From Nymphaea colorata (lineage: Eukaryota): a DNA stretch of 64,000 bases. Below are positions 48,418 through 60,380 of this stretch, piece by piece; within the stretch, counting starts at the first letter, position 1; the number at the start of each line of letters is the position of its first letter. The DNA lies in the NCBI RefSeq assembly GCF_008831285.2, contig NC_045138.2, forward strand, positions 39,866,001 to 39,930,000. Reading direction: 5' to 3'. Made by a program: the position numbers and the translations under genes. The notes beneath the pieces were generated by a model, which worked only from the letters and a program-made list of their open reading frames with translations, did no database searches and was not told the DNA's origin.

Positions 48418-49759
48418 ATGGCATCCAACAAGAAGGAGGAGAAGGGCAAGTTGGAGGAGCAGGGCCCCAAAGGGCTCGAGCCGTATCGGGCCACGGCGCA
48501 GCAGAATGCCATCGAAGCGATTCGATCAGCCGAGAAGCGGTACGCCAAGGCCAAGGGCGAAGGTGGGGAGCACGTTAAGGCCAAGGAATCGAGTGGAGAT
48601 AAGGAAGCCGGGCACTCGCTCGGTGGCTCTCGGTCCGCTGCCGGAGAGAAGATGCACGAAACGAAGGAGGGAGCCGGCGGCGCCGCGAGCGGAGTCGCCG
48701 AGAAGGGGAGGCAAGCAGGGGAGTACGTCGCAGAGAAGGCCGGAGCGGTCAAAGACTCGGTTAAGGAGAGGGCTAGGAGCGCCACGGATTACTTGGGACA
48801 GAAGACGATTCAGGTTAAGGTGATTAGCCTTACTCACCTCCTTTGAAAATATCGTGGTATTTCCTTGATTTTGGCTAATACATGGAAATGTTCCGATAAT
48901 TTTGCGCCTCTGAAAGGCATATGTTACGATAATATTTCGTTATTTTCAGTATATCGCCTCTGGAAATTATGCAGAGGTTTGTCTGAACCTTGAAGAGTTC
49001 TGTATACATTGTTTTCTAACCTCTTGCTTTTAACATATTTTGTAATTTCTGCAAGAAAAATAAATGCTAGTAGACCAATAAGACGAGGGTATCAACTTAA
49101 ACAGCTTCTATATTCCTGAGATTTTTTTTCCAGTTTTCAACGAAAAGAATTTTTGGACCTTTCGTACGTTGAGAGAGTGACATCAGTTTTTTCATGTATG
49201 AAAGAACTCTCATGACTTGTTCCATAGATTTCACGACAACAAGCAATCAATTAGATTACCACAATGGTAAGTGCGATTGCTGGGGTTCTATGGTTGGTTG
49301 GTGCAGGAAAAGATCGGAGAACAGACGCAGGCGGCACAGGAGAAGCTGAAGGGGATGACGATCGGAGGGAAGGAAGAGGGAGGAGAAGCAGCAGCATCCG
49401 AAGAGAGAGCAAGGGAAGGGGAAGCAGCGAGAGAACCGGGGCCTTGTCACACCCACCGGCATTCGAGGGAGCTTGAACGGGCTTGCAAAGCCACAAAGTC
49501 ACAGGAGAAGGACGCCGAGGTGGTGGCCAGCTGCGGAGACCATCATCATGAGAACAAGGGAGAGAAAGAAGAGGGAGGAGGAGGGAAGGAGGAGATGGCC
49601 GGCGATGGGGAGCAGAGCAGCGGCGAGGGAGGTGGCGTGGGGAGGGTGAAGCTGACAAGGGAAGGAGGAGGAGGAGGAATTTTTCAGGCGATGGGGGAGA
49701 CGGTTGTGGGGATAATGCAGACTGCCAGGGACATGATCGTGGGCAGGGACTCCCACTAG
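48418..49759 (+). CDS. LEA protein, seed biotinylated protein SBP65-like, 2 exons, ~282-284 aa
   Basis: Exon 1 48418-48813 (or 48819, both in phase), exon 2 49307-49759. YRATAQQNAIEAIRSAEKRYAKAK, group 3 LEA-like repeats, C-terminal GIFQAMGETVVGIMQTARDMIVG. Confidence 0.8.
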
Positions 49760-51140
49760 CCCATCTTCATCAACAAGAGCAACATTGGTAGCGATCAGTT
49801 GGCTGGTTGTTGGCTTTCCTTGTGGGTGTGTTCTTTTACTGTGTGTGCTTCCTGTAGAGCTGATGAGTGGAAGAGACGACTGAGCTAGTCTTACTGTTTA
49901 CAGACTTACAGTGTCGTTTTGATTCACGAAATCGGCGGCTCGGCCGATTCCATTCCAAAACTGATTTTCATGATGCTCATCCCAATCACTGCGACCAGTG
50001 AATTAGCAAGGGAAGATGAATCCATCTCGTGTTCATGACAAACCACTCGCTTAATTATATATATAGATTCATCGATTTCAATAAGCTAGACAAGCTTTTT
50101 TAGCTCGTTGCGTGGAATCATTGCTCTAACTCTTATTGGAAGTTTGCCTCTCTAAGTCCATTCCCAAAGAATTTGGAAATATGATCTCTCGTGAGAATAT
50201 GCAAGTTTTTTTGGTTGTTATAAATGCATTGGTTTCCAATATGTTTGCGGGGAATTCTCTGTATGCTTACATTATTACGGATATGGTCCGTCCTTTTGGG
50301 GAAAAAAAGAAAATCTATAGCCCGGGAAGATCCTCCTGTTAAACCCAGGCGTTGCCCATGCCTCTATCATTGAGGAAGAATGGTGATCACCACATCATCT
50401 TCAGTATTTGTCATAAAGAAGAAACATCTATTTCTTTACAAACTGATGGTTAGTGTCGAATTCAAACCTGATGATTCCATCATGTCGTTGTTCTAGGCTC
50501 TTCTAGCTGTTTGGACGGTGTGTGGTGGTTGTTTGATAGAATGCCTTAGAGAAGTCTGATTTTTGGAGGAATCTATTAATAAAGTTGGATTCCTACAAGT
50601 GAAAATCGGATTTTTCCAATTTCTTGGAAGTAAAAAGGTGTATGTTATTAAGTTTTTTAGCAATCATTCTTTCAAGAGTTTAGAAAAATGGAAGGCCGTG
50701 TTTCATTTATGACCAAGAGAATGCCTTCTAAAATGAAAATTTTTGCTAAAGACCACTTGTTTGTTGGTACGTTGCCTCGATGAATTTCATTTGACAGGAC
50801 CATCCCTCTCTTCTGTTCTATACGATTAATTGATGTTTTTATATTGGTGATTGTAGTTTGAGAAAATACAACATGAGTGGTGGGTGTATATCAGTAGGAA
50901 ATAGTTTTCTCCATCAAGAGTTCCTTGAAATGCCAAAGTGTTTCTTGAAATGCCCACTAAACCTTTAGGTTGTGTTTTTTAGATTCGAATTGAAATGCTC
51001 ACGAAACCTTTAGGTTGTGTTTTTTAATTCGAAAAAAGGTTTGTTTGAGATGTTTAAAAGTAATATATTGGATTTACGTTGGATGGAGGAGGTTCGATCT
51101 TAAATTCGGATCTGATCTGAGATCTTAGAAAGATCTTAGG

Positions 51141-51460
51141 AAATCCATAATGAAACAAACACAATCTTAATAAGAACGGACTTGAAATCCATAATAAAAC
51201 GAACACAATCTTAATCTAATGGTGCAAGGTTGGAGAACAGACGTAGATGAAACACAAAACAACCATCACAATGCACAAATGCCGGACATGATGGAACACA
51301 AAACAAACATCACACAATGCACAAATGTCGAATATGGAACACAAAACAATCATCACAATGCACAAATGTCGGACATGACAGACACAATAGGTGGAACACA
51401 AAACAAAGAGTGGCCGTAGATGGAACACAAAACAAAGAGTGGTTAGAACAAACGAAACAA
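51141..51460. repeat. Degenerate minisatellite (ggaacacaaaacaa..catcacaatgcacaaatg units); a ~45-bp tandem pair lies at 50947-51033
   Basis: Directly visible ~40-45 bp units with shorter derivatives. Confidence 0.85.
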
Positions 51461-51636
51461 ATAAATATATACCATGTGAGAAACAATGAATCGAATGGAC
51501 GTATTGTTATATTCTTAAAATCATTAAACAATGTATAAAGAATTGTCTTGTCCACTCAAAAGGAATAATGGTGCGGTGAACACAACGTTTTACATTTCTG
51601 GGCTTTACAGCAAGACAACTCGTTTCTAAGTTGTGG

Positions 51637-52148
51637 TAGGGGTGAACACTAGTCAAGTCGAGAAGTCGAGTTCAATCAGCTTAAGCTCAATTCGATTAAT
51701 AAAACCTTGAGCTCGACTTGGTAGTTACACGTTGTTACATTTGAGCTATTAATAAAACCTTGAGCTCGACTTGGTAGTTACACGTTGTTACATTTGAGCT
51801 CAAGCTCATTGTTACATTTGAGCTCAAGCTCGACTTGATCAAAGCTTGATAAACTCATTTGAATAGAATTGATATTTATCGATACTTGTTGAGCTCGATT
51901 TTGACTCAATTAAGACCGACAAACTCGTAAACTCGTTTGAATATATTGATTTGATTAAGGCTCGACAAACTCGATTAAAGTTCGAGCTCCATTCGACAGT
52001 TATATGTTGAGCTGAGTTTTCAACTCAACTTGATTATTTAAACTCAACTTGATTATTTAAAGAGTTAACTCATGAACTCAAGCTCAAACTAGTTAAGTAA
52101 ATGACTCGTTGAGGAGGTGAGCTCTGACAAGACTCAATGTTCACCCTG
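51637..52148. mobile_element. hAT-like MITE with GAGCTC/CTCGA repeats
   Basis: Inverted ends taggggtgaacactagtc / gactcaatgttcaccctg; internal ~52-bp tandem duplication at 51696-51800. Confidence 0.7.
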
Positions 52149-52507
52149 AATTAATTTGTGACCACCATTTGTGTCGTCCGTCCTAAGACGCTTCAGTGTG
52201 CACAGTTCTCCCCATTTTTCCCGACACAGTATGAACTAGCAGAAGAAAATAATGGCGGCCTAGGTCGCGCTTTGGTGTGGGAAATTCGGATATCCGAATA
52301 CAGGGAAGGGAGGATCCAGAGCCGGCGGGAGGTCCACTCCCCCGTCTTCTTGCTCCCTTTCCGTCGGCTCATTCGGGCCTGGGCCGGGCAGAAAGAATTG
52401 CGCGACGACGAGAAGGCTGATTCGGGCTTCCTGTTTAGGGAGGGAGGAGGGAGGAGTGAGGGAGAAGCAATCGGAGTTGGATTTGGTCGGCGTGGTGGCA
52501 GGGTGGC

Positions 52508-55500
52508 ATGGCGGGCATCCATCGCTCGTCAAGTGCTTCCTCTAAGACAGGTCTTCCTCCCCAGGAGCTCCTCGACGATCTTTGCAGGTTTTCTTCTCTT
52601 TCTCATTTTCTGTCGAATTCTTTTGATAGGGGTCTTCTTTGTTCGTAATTTTTCTCTCTTCTCTACCTTGCCACGAGTTATCTTGAACATGTCTCGGAAC
52701 TTAATCCCAGAAAGAGAACCAGTGCGGCTTTCTTTGCCCTTTTAACTGATAACAAATTTGGGGGTTCAGAACTCTCCACGGAACCATTTTAATCCATCTG
52801 GACCAAAAAAATTCTCCCTTGGTGGTGTTTCTTCGGTTAGTTTCTTTTAGCTTTTAGTGAAAAATTTTAAGTTCACAACATTCAGTCGTCTGGTATCTCA
52901 GTGATGTGCCTCTGCACATCATGGGATATACAGGAACTCTGACACGGAAAAGGTATTAAACGTTGCCACCGCGCAACTTGCTTGGAGTGGCGGATAATCT
53001 TGTCATAGCGGAACATACTTGCCGTGCTAATGGATCTCATCCTCAATCTAGCGAACAATAAATGCAAACAAACTTGGGCCCAAAGCTTGACTTGCAGACT
53101 TTTAACTTTGCTGAAGCTTTCAGTTGACAGTTTTTCAAAAGTAGACCTATTAGGCTTTTACGTTTGGCTTAAGACACCACTGTACATAGGCCCACTTGTG
53201 CTTGAGTCAAGTACCATCTCGTAATACAAAGATTACATCACTGCATGATTCCGCGATGAAGTTGTTGTAGGCAGGTAGAGCGGAATGGTAGAAATACCGA
53301 ATACGTTGTGCTTATCATCCCTCATTAAGTTCTTCTCGAGAGGTGTATTTTGTTTTTTTACTTGATTAAGGGACTTGCATTAGGGGGATCATGTGGCTTT
53401 GCTCTGCCAAGGCATAGAAATGACTCTTCTCCTTGTCAAGGATCTTCAAACAAAAATCTATACACCCATAACCCTGTGGGTGCAAAAATTCAACCAGTTC
53501 ATGATGGAATTGGAAATATCAGCTCATAATCCACCGAATTCAAGTAAATCAGCTGATCTAATTTCCCGTAATGTAGCCTCCCAGAATGTTATTTCTAATT
53601 TGTCCACCAGACATCGTCAAGCTGCACACCTTGTTGAAGGATGTAGAACACTTTCTTTGTAAGACCTACCAAACCTGAACTTGCTTTTGGTCATCAAAGC
53701 CACAGCGAGAGAGAGAGAGAGAGAGATTTCCTATTCTTGCATATCTGCCTTCAATCCTTTGTTCATGGAATCACTTTATGTAATGGCCTCTCCCATTTAA
53801 CTATGACATTTTTCTATTTCCTTAGGCACTAACTGAGCTTGTCGCCTCCATTGGATGGCCATGTGTTGCTTAAAGTTTGCTTATTCTTCCCATCTACTGT
53901 CAAGTTGTAGTTGCAGGACCTTTTCATTTCCATGGGGCTTTCCCTTTCTTGTTCAGAAGTCATTCAAATCCTCAGGCAGACGGCCCAAGAAGAAAATTTA
54001 CTATAGGGAACATGATCTCGATAGGGTCATGGGGCTCCAGAAGAAGCTTTCACTTATTTTACAACTCAAGAACATCATTCTCAACCAAAAGAATCGATGT
54101 ATCCTTCTTGGAGACCTAGAAAAGGAAGTTGGTATTGTTAGAAAATAGAATTTTATGTCCATCATTCAGAGATATCCATTAATTTTCATGGTTACTGGAG
54201 GAAGTAGAAGACCTTATGTCTTACAACTCAAAGACAAGGCTCTCTCAATTGCTGAAGAGGAAAAAGATGTAATGGAAATGATGGAACCCATTGTTGTCAC
54301 CAACATAAGGAAGTTGTTGATGATGTCCATGGATTGTAGAATTCCATTGGCTAAAATTGTCTTCATCCAACCTGAATTGGGCTTATCCAAAAACTTTATG
54401 GAGGATCTGATTCCCAAGTATCCAGAGTTCTTTAGAGTGCAGGAGTTCAAAGGACATGATTCTCTTCAACTGGAGAGTTGGGATTCTTCATTAGCAGTCA
54501 CTGCCCGTGAATCCGACTTGTTTGTGGATCCACTCAATGGGAAAAGGCCCCAGTTCAATAAAGATGGCAACTGCTTCGGTCCATTTTCCTTCAGAATCAA
54601 ATTTCCTGTCGTATTTTGGTCAAACATGAGGTATCTTGAAGAGTTTCATAAATGGCAGAAACTGGCATTTCCTTCCCCGTACTTGAATGCTAGACGGTTC
54701 AATCCAGCCAGTCTGCCTGTGGAGAAATGATTAACTTCTGCACAATTAGATGCTTTTCATGCTGAATATCAACTACCATGTTGGTTGTTGCTCTGCTTGG
54801 TGAGGAATCATGGCATATTCTATCTCATGAATAAGGGGATTAGAAGCACCATCATGCTTAAAGAAGCTTATGATGGTTCTTGCTTGATTGAGAAATCTCG
54901 TTTGGTTAGATTTAATGATAAATTCTTAGCTCTTTCAGGCAGGAGTGAACATAATTTGAAGAAGAGAATGCCTTTAACTGCAGAAGTTGTGTGAAGCTTA
55001 TTAGGTTTTGTAAAGACTTATGTACTTTGAGAAAGTTGCAATACAATTTTTTTTTTGTCTGTGGAGCCACGTGAGTGCCAACATAAATTTTTCACAAAAG
55101 CCTAAGGTTTTGCAGGCAGATGATCTTGAAGGATGGCCATTATTACTCCCTCTACATTTTTTTCCATATCTAAGCAAACTTCTAAAAATGATTGGACACA
55201 ACGAAAAAACGTCCAAATGGCACAATCATTTTCAATGTATAGACTATAGAGATCTCAGTGTTCCGCATTAGTCTGATAAAGTTGGCAATAATAGGGTAAC
55301 TCGAGCCATTGTAGATGTTGATAGCCTGAACACCCTGAGACTGAGGTTTGTGCGAGATGGGTATTCCTTTGTGGAATGCGTGCATTTCTTGTTTGTGGCA
55401 TGTTCTGCAGGTTCAAGCCAGTTATGCTGCATGTTGAGGGAAGGAAATTTTGTGTTCATATTTATTTGTTTGTTGATTATTTAATTTTTTGTGCTTGGCC

Positions 55501-58500
55501 TTCATGACCTTGGCAGGTTTCTATGGAGGTTTAGGGAACAAACTTTTGACAATATATGGAAGAAATATTTTTTCGTCATTTCTGTTTGGAGCTGAATTAA
55601 TAAGGTGCTGTTACATCTTCTTCATGCAGCCGTTTTGTTCTGAATGTCCCTAAGGAAGACCTACAGTCTTTTGAGAGGATATTGTTTCTTGTAGAGCAAG
55701 CCCATTGGTTTTATGAAGACAACTCAGTGGAGCAGAATCCATCACTCAAGTCACTTTCTCTGAGGGAATTTACCTCTTTGAGTATCCAGGCACTAATCTT
55801 GTTTTTTTCTTCATTTTGTGATTGTAACATAAAGGACATTACACCTGCAATTTTTGCCATATAACCCCCTTTTTCATGTTGATGAATTTGTGCAATGTCA
55901 AAACTAAATTGAAAGGTTCTTTTCTTTGATGAGAAGATGCATTTGGCCATGACAACTACCTGAAGTTATGGTCTGGCATCAATACTGTGAATAGTGAGCC
56001 TGCATTTCCCAGTTATGTATAAGTTGCGAAATGCATTGTTTAAATTTTGAAGTGCTAGAAATTGTGGTTCCACTTGCAATTAGGTTACGGACTTTCAGAT
56101 TGAACAGAATAGAACAATCTTGGTGAGTCAAATGGGGCCACAATCATGAGATCAGTCACTCATGAATTGGGTCTATAATGTAACCTTCCTTCCAGAGTTG
56201 CAACTGTCTCTCCAGAGTCGTAACTGTTATCTTAGATCTTGATCTGAAAATTTAGTCTTGGCAATTGGTATTCTGGCCATATACCAACAAGACTGGAGTG
56301 ATAACCTATAATACTAGGTGGCGTAGCACATAAAAGTTAAAACTTGAACTTAGCCCCTTGCTATGTTGGAGGCTAAACACCATAAGGTGCACTAAAAAAT
56401 TTCTTCTTTTGCGGGCAGTTAACGGTTTACTTCCACACGTTCCTGTCACCATGTTGAGCAAGAATAGAGTTGAATATGCTCATGGAGTTGGGCTAGTGGC
56501 ACATGTTCACGCGTGTCTTAAATAAACTCAAGAGCTTTATTGGCTTTTTAGTGCTTCTGCAGAATGACTAAAAATATGTCCCATGCAATGGTATAAGTAG
56601 CTAATTTGGTAAAAATGAATTTGTTGTGTGTGGATATTGTATGATAGATTGCCCATTGTTTTCTTCTTATCCTTCGTAGTATTTAATGGTTGTTCTTCTG
56701 CATAGCGACCATAAATATGTCCACTGTGCAGGTGTAACTAGTTAATTTACATATAAATTTGTTCTGCGTGGATGTTATATGATAGACACCCCTTTGTTTT
56801 CTTAAATCCTCCCTAGTGTTTAATAGCTGTGCAGCACTTAGACCGTATATTGCTCATATTGATGACATATACAAGGACTTCACATCCTACAAAGTTCGGG
56901 TACCAGTGACGGGTGCAATTATTTTGGATGAATCCTATGAGCGGGTAAGTTCTCAGCTTTCCTCTAAAAGCTATACTATTCGGAGTCGGTTGTTGTCTTC
57001 TGAGATCTGCAATGGAGTAATCCTTTGATATAGGTCAATTCCCATGTCCACAAATTGAGCCTTGGCGATTTAAATGAATTAAAAGCATGCTGTATGACTG
57101 AGGTTAGAGAATAGTTTGCGATTGTATGGTCATTAAATCTCAAAATGTGTCTGTCTGTTTGTTGCTATCGAAGATTTTCTTCGGCTTGCAGTTTCCTTTG
57201 TCCCAACAATTTTGCATCCCTTCGGATGCAAGCAGTGAGCAGTTTGTTCACGCTTTCATGCATCACTATTGTCTCTGCATTCCATCATTGATGAATCAGG
57301 ATATTCTTGTGTGGTTGATGCAAATACCACATTTGAATTTTGTAGTGCTTGCTAGTGAAAGGTTGGAAAGCTGGTGCAAGTTGGAGTTTTCCCCGTGGAA
57401 AGAAAAACAAGGATGAGGAGGACCACGCATGTGCAATCAGAGAGGTATTGACTCTTTCTGTAGCTAGGCGTTAATATATATCTTGTATTTGAAAAAGTTC
57501 CCAATGAATATGTCATGACTTGTTTTATGGAAAGATACTTTGTATTCTGTTCTTTGTTATTTGCTTGTCCTTCCTTGCAGTTTATTCTTCCTTTTTGTTG
57601 TTGCTGGACAATTAGATGCACTGACAGTGTGAAAATTAGTTATTTATTGATCTCTGATGCTCTCTGGTCGTTTAGAGAACCTTTTTTCATTAGGTATAAT
57701 AGTGCTTATTTTTCCTTTTCAACAATAAATCAGGTATTGGAGGAAACTGGGTTTGACATTTCCAAGCTTTTGAAGTTGGAAGACAATATTGAAGTTGTAG
57801 TAGGGCAGCAAAGAGTGAGACTCTACATTATTGCTGGAGTGAAGGAAGATACGGTCTTTGCACCTCTAACGAAGAAAGAAATAAGTGTATGTTTTCTTCT
57901 TAGAACTGCACTATCATTTTGTTGACATATCTGTCAATTCTCATTTGAGGTGTCCCACATGCCGAGTGTTTAATCATCATCTATGTTATTTGTTCATTAT
58001 CATTACCGCCAGGGCTGCCCCATTTGCAATCATATGATTACAGACAATCATTCTCACCAACCACCATCATTACTGTTACGTGGCCACTACTATCATCATT
58101 GAAAATATATTATCATTACTTTTCTCTGGTGACATTCTTCGTCTCTCTCACTCTTTCTCTGTCTCACTCACATGTGCTTTTTGGGCTGTCAGAAAAGTTC
58201 TTTTCTCTTTCGAGATCTACATTGCATTTTGACTTTCACTTTATTGTGGTGGATCTTCTTTATGAGCCAATGCTGTTTTCTTCTATGAATAAGCTTTTAC
58301 ATATCTTTAGAACCTGCTTTGGTAACATGAAACTAACTGATTTGGAACTCAGTCGCCAAGTTATGGGAAGGACGCATGTCTAAAGACATCAGAATTCTTT
58401 CCATGAGAACTATGAAGTTCCAATTATTTGTAATTCCCGAGTTCGTCAGTTTTAGTTTGAATGAGGAATGTTCTTTACTATTTGCATACTTTTATAATTT

Positions 58501-59789
58501 TTGAAGATGCTTCTCTCTTCCCTGTTCCTATGTGTTTAATAAGCCATATTTTTAGTTTCTTTTTCCGGTTTAGTTTCTTGAATCCTTGATGCTGTTTCCC
58601 TCTTTGGCAACCATGGAGAGAATGCAAATTTATGCAAAAAATTTGGAATATTTTGAGAAATTAACAAAATGATAAATAAAACAAATGGAGAGGTGAAGAA
58701 ATGTACCTTATGCTTTTAACTTGGAAATTTGTCAAGTGCAAGAAAGGGAGAAAGAAAGCCTTTTTTTCGCTTAATAGTAGGTTGTGCCTTATATGTGGAG
58801 TTTCCGGGACATATGAAGGCCTTATAAGGTGGAGGCCTAGAAAGGCGTATCACATGGTCTCAACAGATGCACAGCATCATTTGTTTTACTGTGTATATTT
58901 CTTAAATCTTAGTTTTAGTTCTCTAGGGTTTGACTATGCACAGCTTATTTTCGACTGTGCATCTACACAATATTTTGCTGGCTTTGACTATGCTTTGGCC
59001 TGTGTCTCCCAATCTGGTTGGTTGGCCTTAGTTTTCTCCATTTGGATGAGATTTTGTACGATTAACAAGCTTCTTTCTTTGATGACTAGTCTTGATTCAG
59101 TTTGACCCTGTCTTTTGGAGATTGACCAAGTTCATTTCATCTGAACAGTTTACCAGGTTTGTTTCAAGTTTGGCTTCTGGTCCTTCTAGGGTTTTAGTCT
59201 ATTACTAGGGACCCAGATCTGAGTGCCTCTCGGCCATGATTCACATGCACATACACCGGGGAGAAAGGTGAGGACAAGAAAGGCCAAGAGAATCGTAGCT
59301 GCTGAAAGAAGCTTGTCAGGCATTAATTACTGGGGAGATGACCCTGTTTTATTCCCCCAGAGATTAAGCTGTTTATCTAGGGTTTCTTTTATCAATATAA
59401 TCTTTTGGAACTATTCTAAGCTAAACAAATTTCAGCATGTCGCATAATGCCCTCAATGCTGTCGAGAGCTTGAATGTGATGGGAAGTCTGGAAAGTTGTA
59501 GCCAAAGAAGGTTTTGGTCTCATTTTTGTTTTACCTTCTGCTATACAGGAAATTTCTTGGCATCGTCTTGATGAGCTTCAGCCAGCTGGTAATGATGTAA
59601 TATCCCGTGGATCAAATGGGTTGAAGCTGTTTATGGTGGCCCCCTTCTTGATGTAGGTATTTCTGCCTGCATGAACCCACTACGGCAATGTTTGTCTGTT
59701 GACTATGTTGCTTTCTTATGCAGGCCTCTTAAAGCGTGGATTTCTGCACATTATCCTACAGGTCAGAAATCTGATGTGTCTGTGAAAGG

Positions 59790-59857
<68 letters not shown>

Positions 59858-60380
59858 CACATGCATCATTGTCAAGCCAACTTGGTTGCCTGATTATTTG
59901 AAAGAGTTGTCTTGCCCCTTCTATGGTAAATGGCTGAAGATCTCTTGATCATTTTGTTGGCACAAACATTTTCCTTGATTGGTTGGGTGCTGCAGTGATC
60001 TCTATCTGATGTGCTTGTGCTGGAAATACCGTATTGCAAGGTGTATGTTTGATACTGTGGGTGATGTCAGCATGGATAACTAACTGTAAACTGGGAATGT
60101 TGGTCATTTCTTGGTCAGCTGTCCATATGTTTTGAAGTTTAGAGGCTGCTTGCTTCATGAAAAGTAATGTGGTGTGATTTTCTTTGAAGGTGCAACATGC
60201 TGGAAGGCAAAGGCAAGCTCAACTGGAAGCATGAGTGATGCAATACCCTCTACAACTGTTGTAGATGGGGGTGCCAGTGCACCTTCGACTGTCATTAGTC
60301 CTGGTAAAATCTTCAGAAACTTCAGATTTGATTCTGGTCTCATTGTAAGGGCTCTGGAAGCTGCCTTTGCCAGCAGTTAG
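52508..60380 (+). CDS. DCP2: mRNA decapping enzyme subunit 2 (Nudix), 8 exons, 323 aa
   Basis: Exons 52508-52587, 55630-55781, 56817-56944, 57346-57444, 57734-57886, 59549-59652, 59724-59788, 60190-60380 (972 nt). Box A ([30 protein letters not shown]) and Nudix box ([25 protein letters not shown]). Confidence 0.95.
53100..53660 (+). mobile_element. Possible degraded LINE-type RNase H fragments in DCP2 intron 1
   Basis: [17 protein letters not shown] and [15 protein letters not shown] loosely resemble the KLNVDG..G.G and H..RE.N..AD.LA motifs; weak. Confidence 0.3.
53855..54994 (+). pseudogene. PORR-domain (plant organelle RNA recognition, WTF1/RPD1 family) pseudogene nested in DCP2 intron 1
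   Basis: One frame across three ORF pieces: [67 protein letters not shown]. In-frame stops at 54146-54148 and 54728-54730. Confidence 0.88.
55782..56816 (+). other. U12-like (minor spliceosome) GT-AG intron 2 of DCP2
   Basis: Donor GTATCCAG; branch-like TTTCTTAAAT ~11 nt before the AG. Confidence 0.65.
59790..59853. repeat. (CT)n(CA)n microsatellite abutting the DCP2 intron 7 donor
   Basis: Directly visible. Confidence 0.95.

Noticed and set aside
51141..51460. CRISPR-like array, and ORFs 51216-51555
   Set aside because: Units are adjacent degenerate repeats without unique spacers, in eukaryotic DNA with no cas genes; the ORFs are repeat artefacts.
52158..52745. 195-aa ORF over the DCP2 5' end
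   Set aside because: GC-rich UTR and intron read in a different frame from the conserved DCP2 exon 1.
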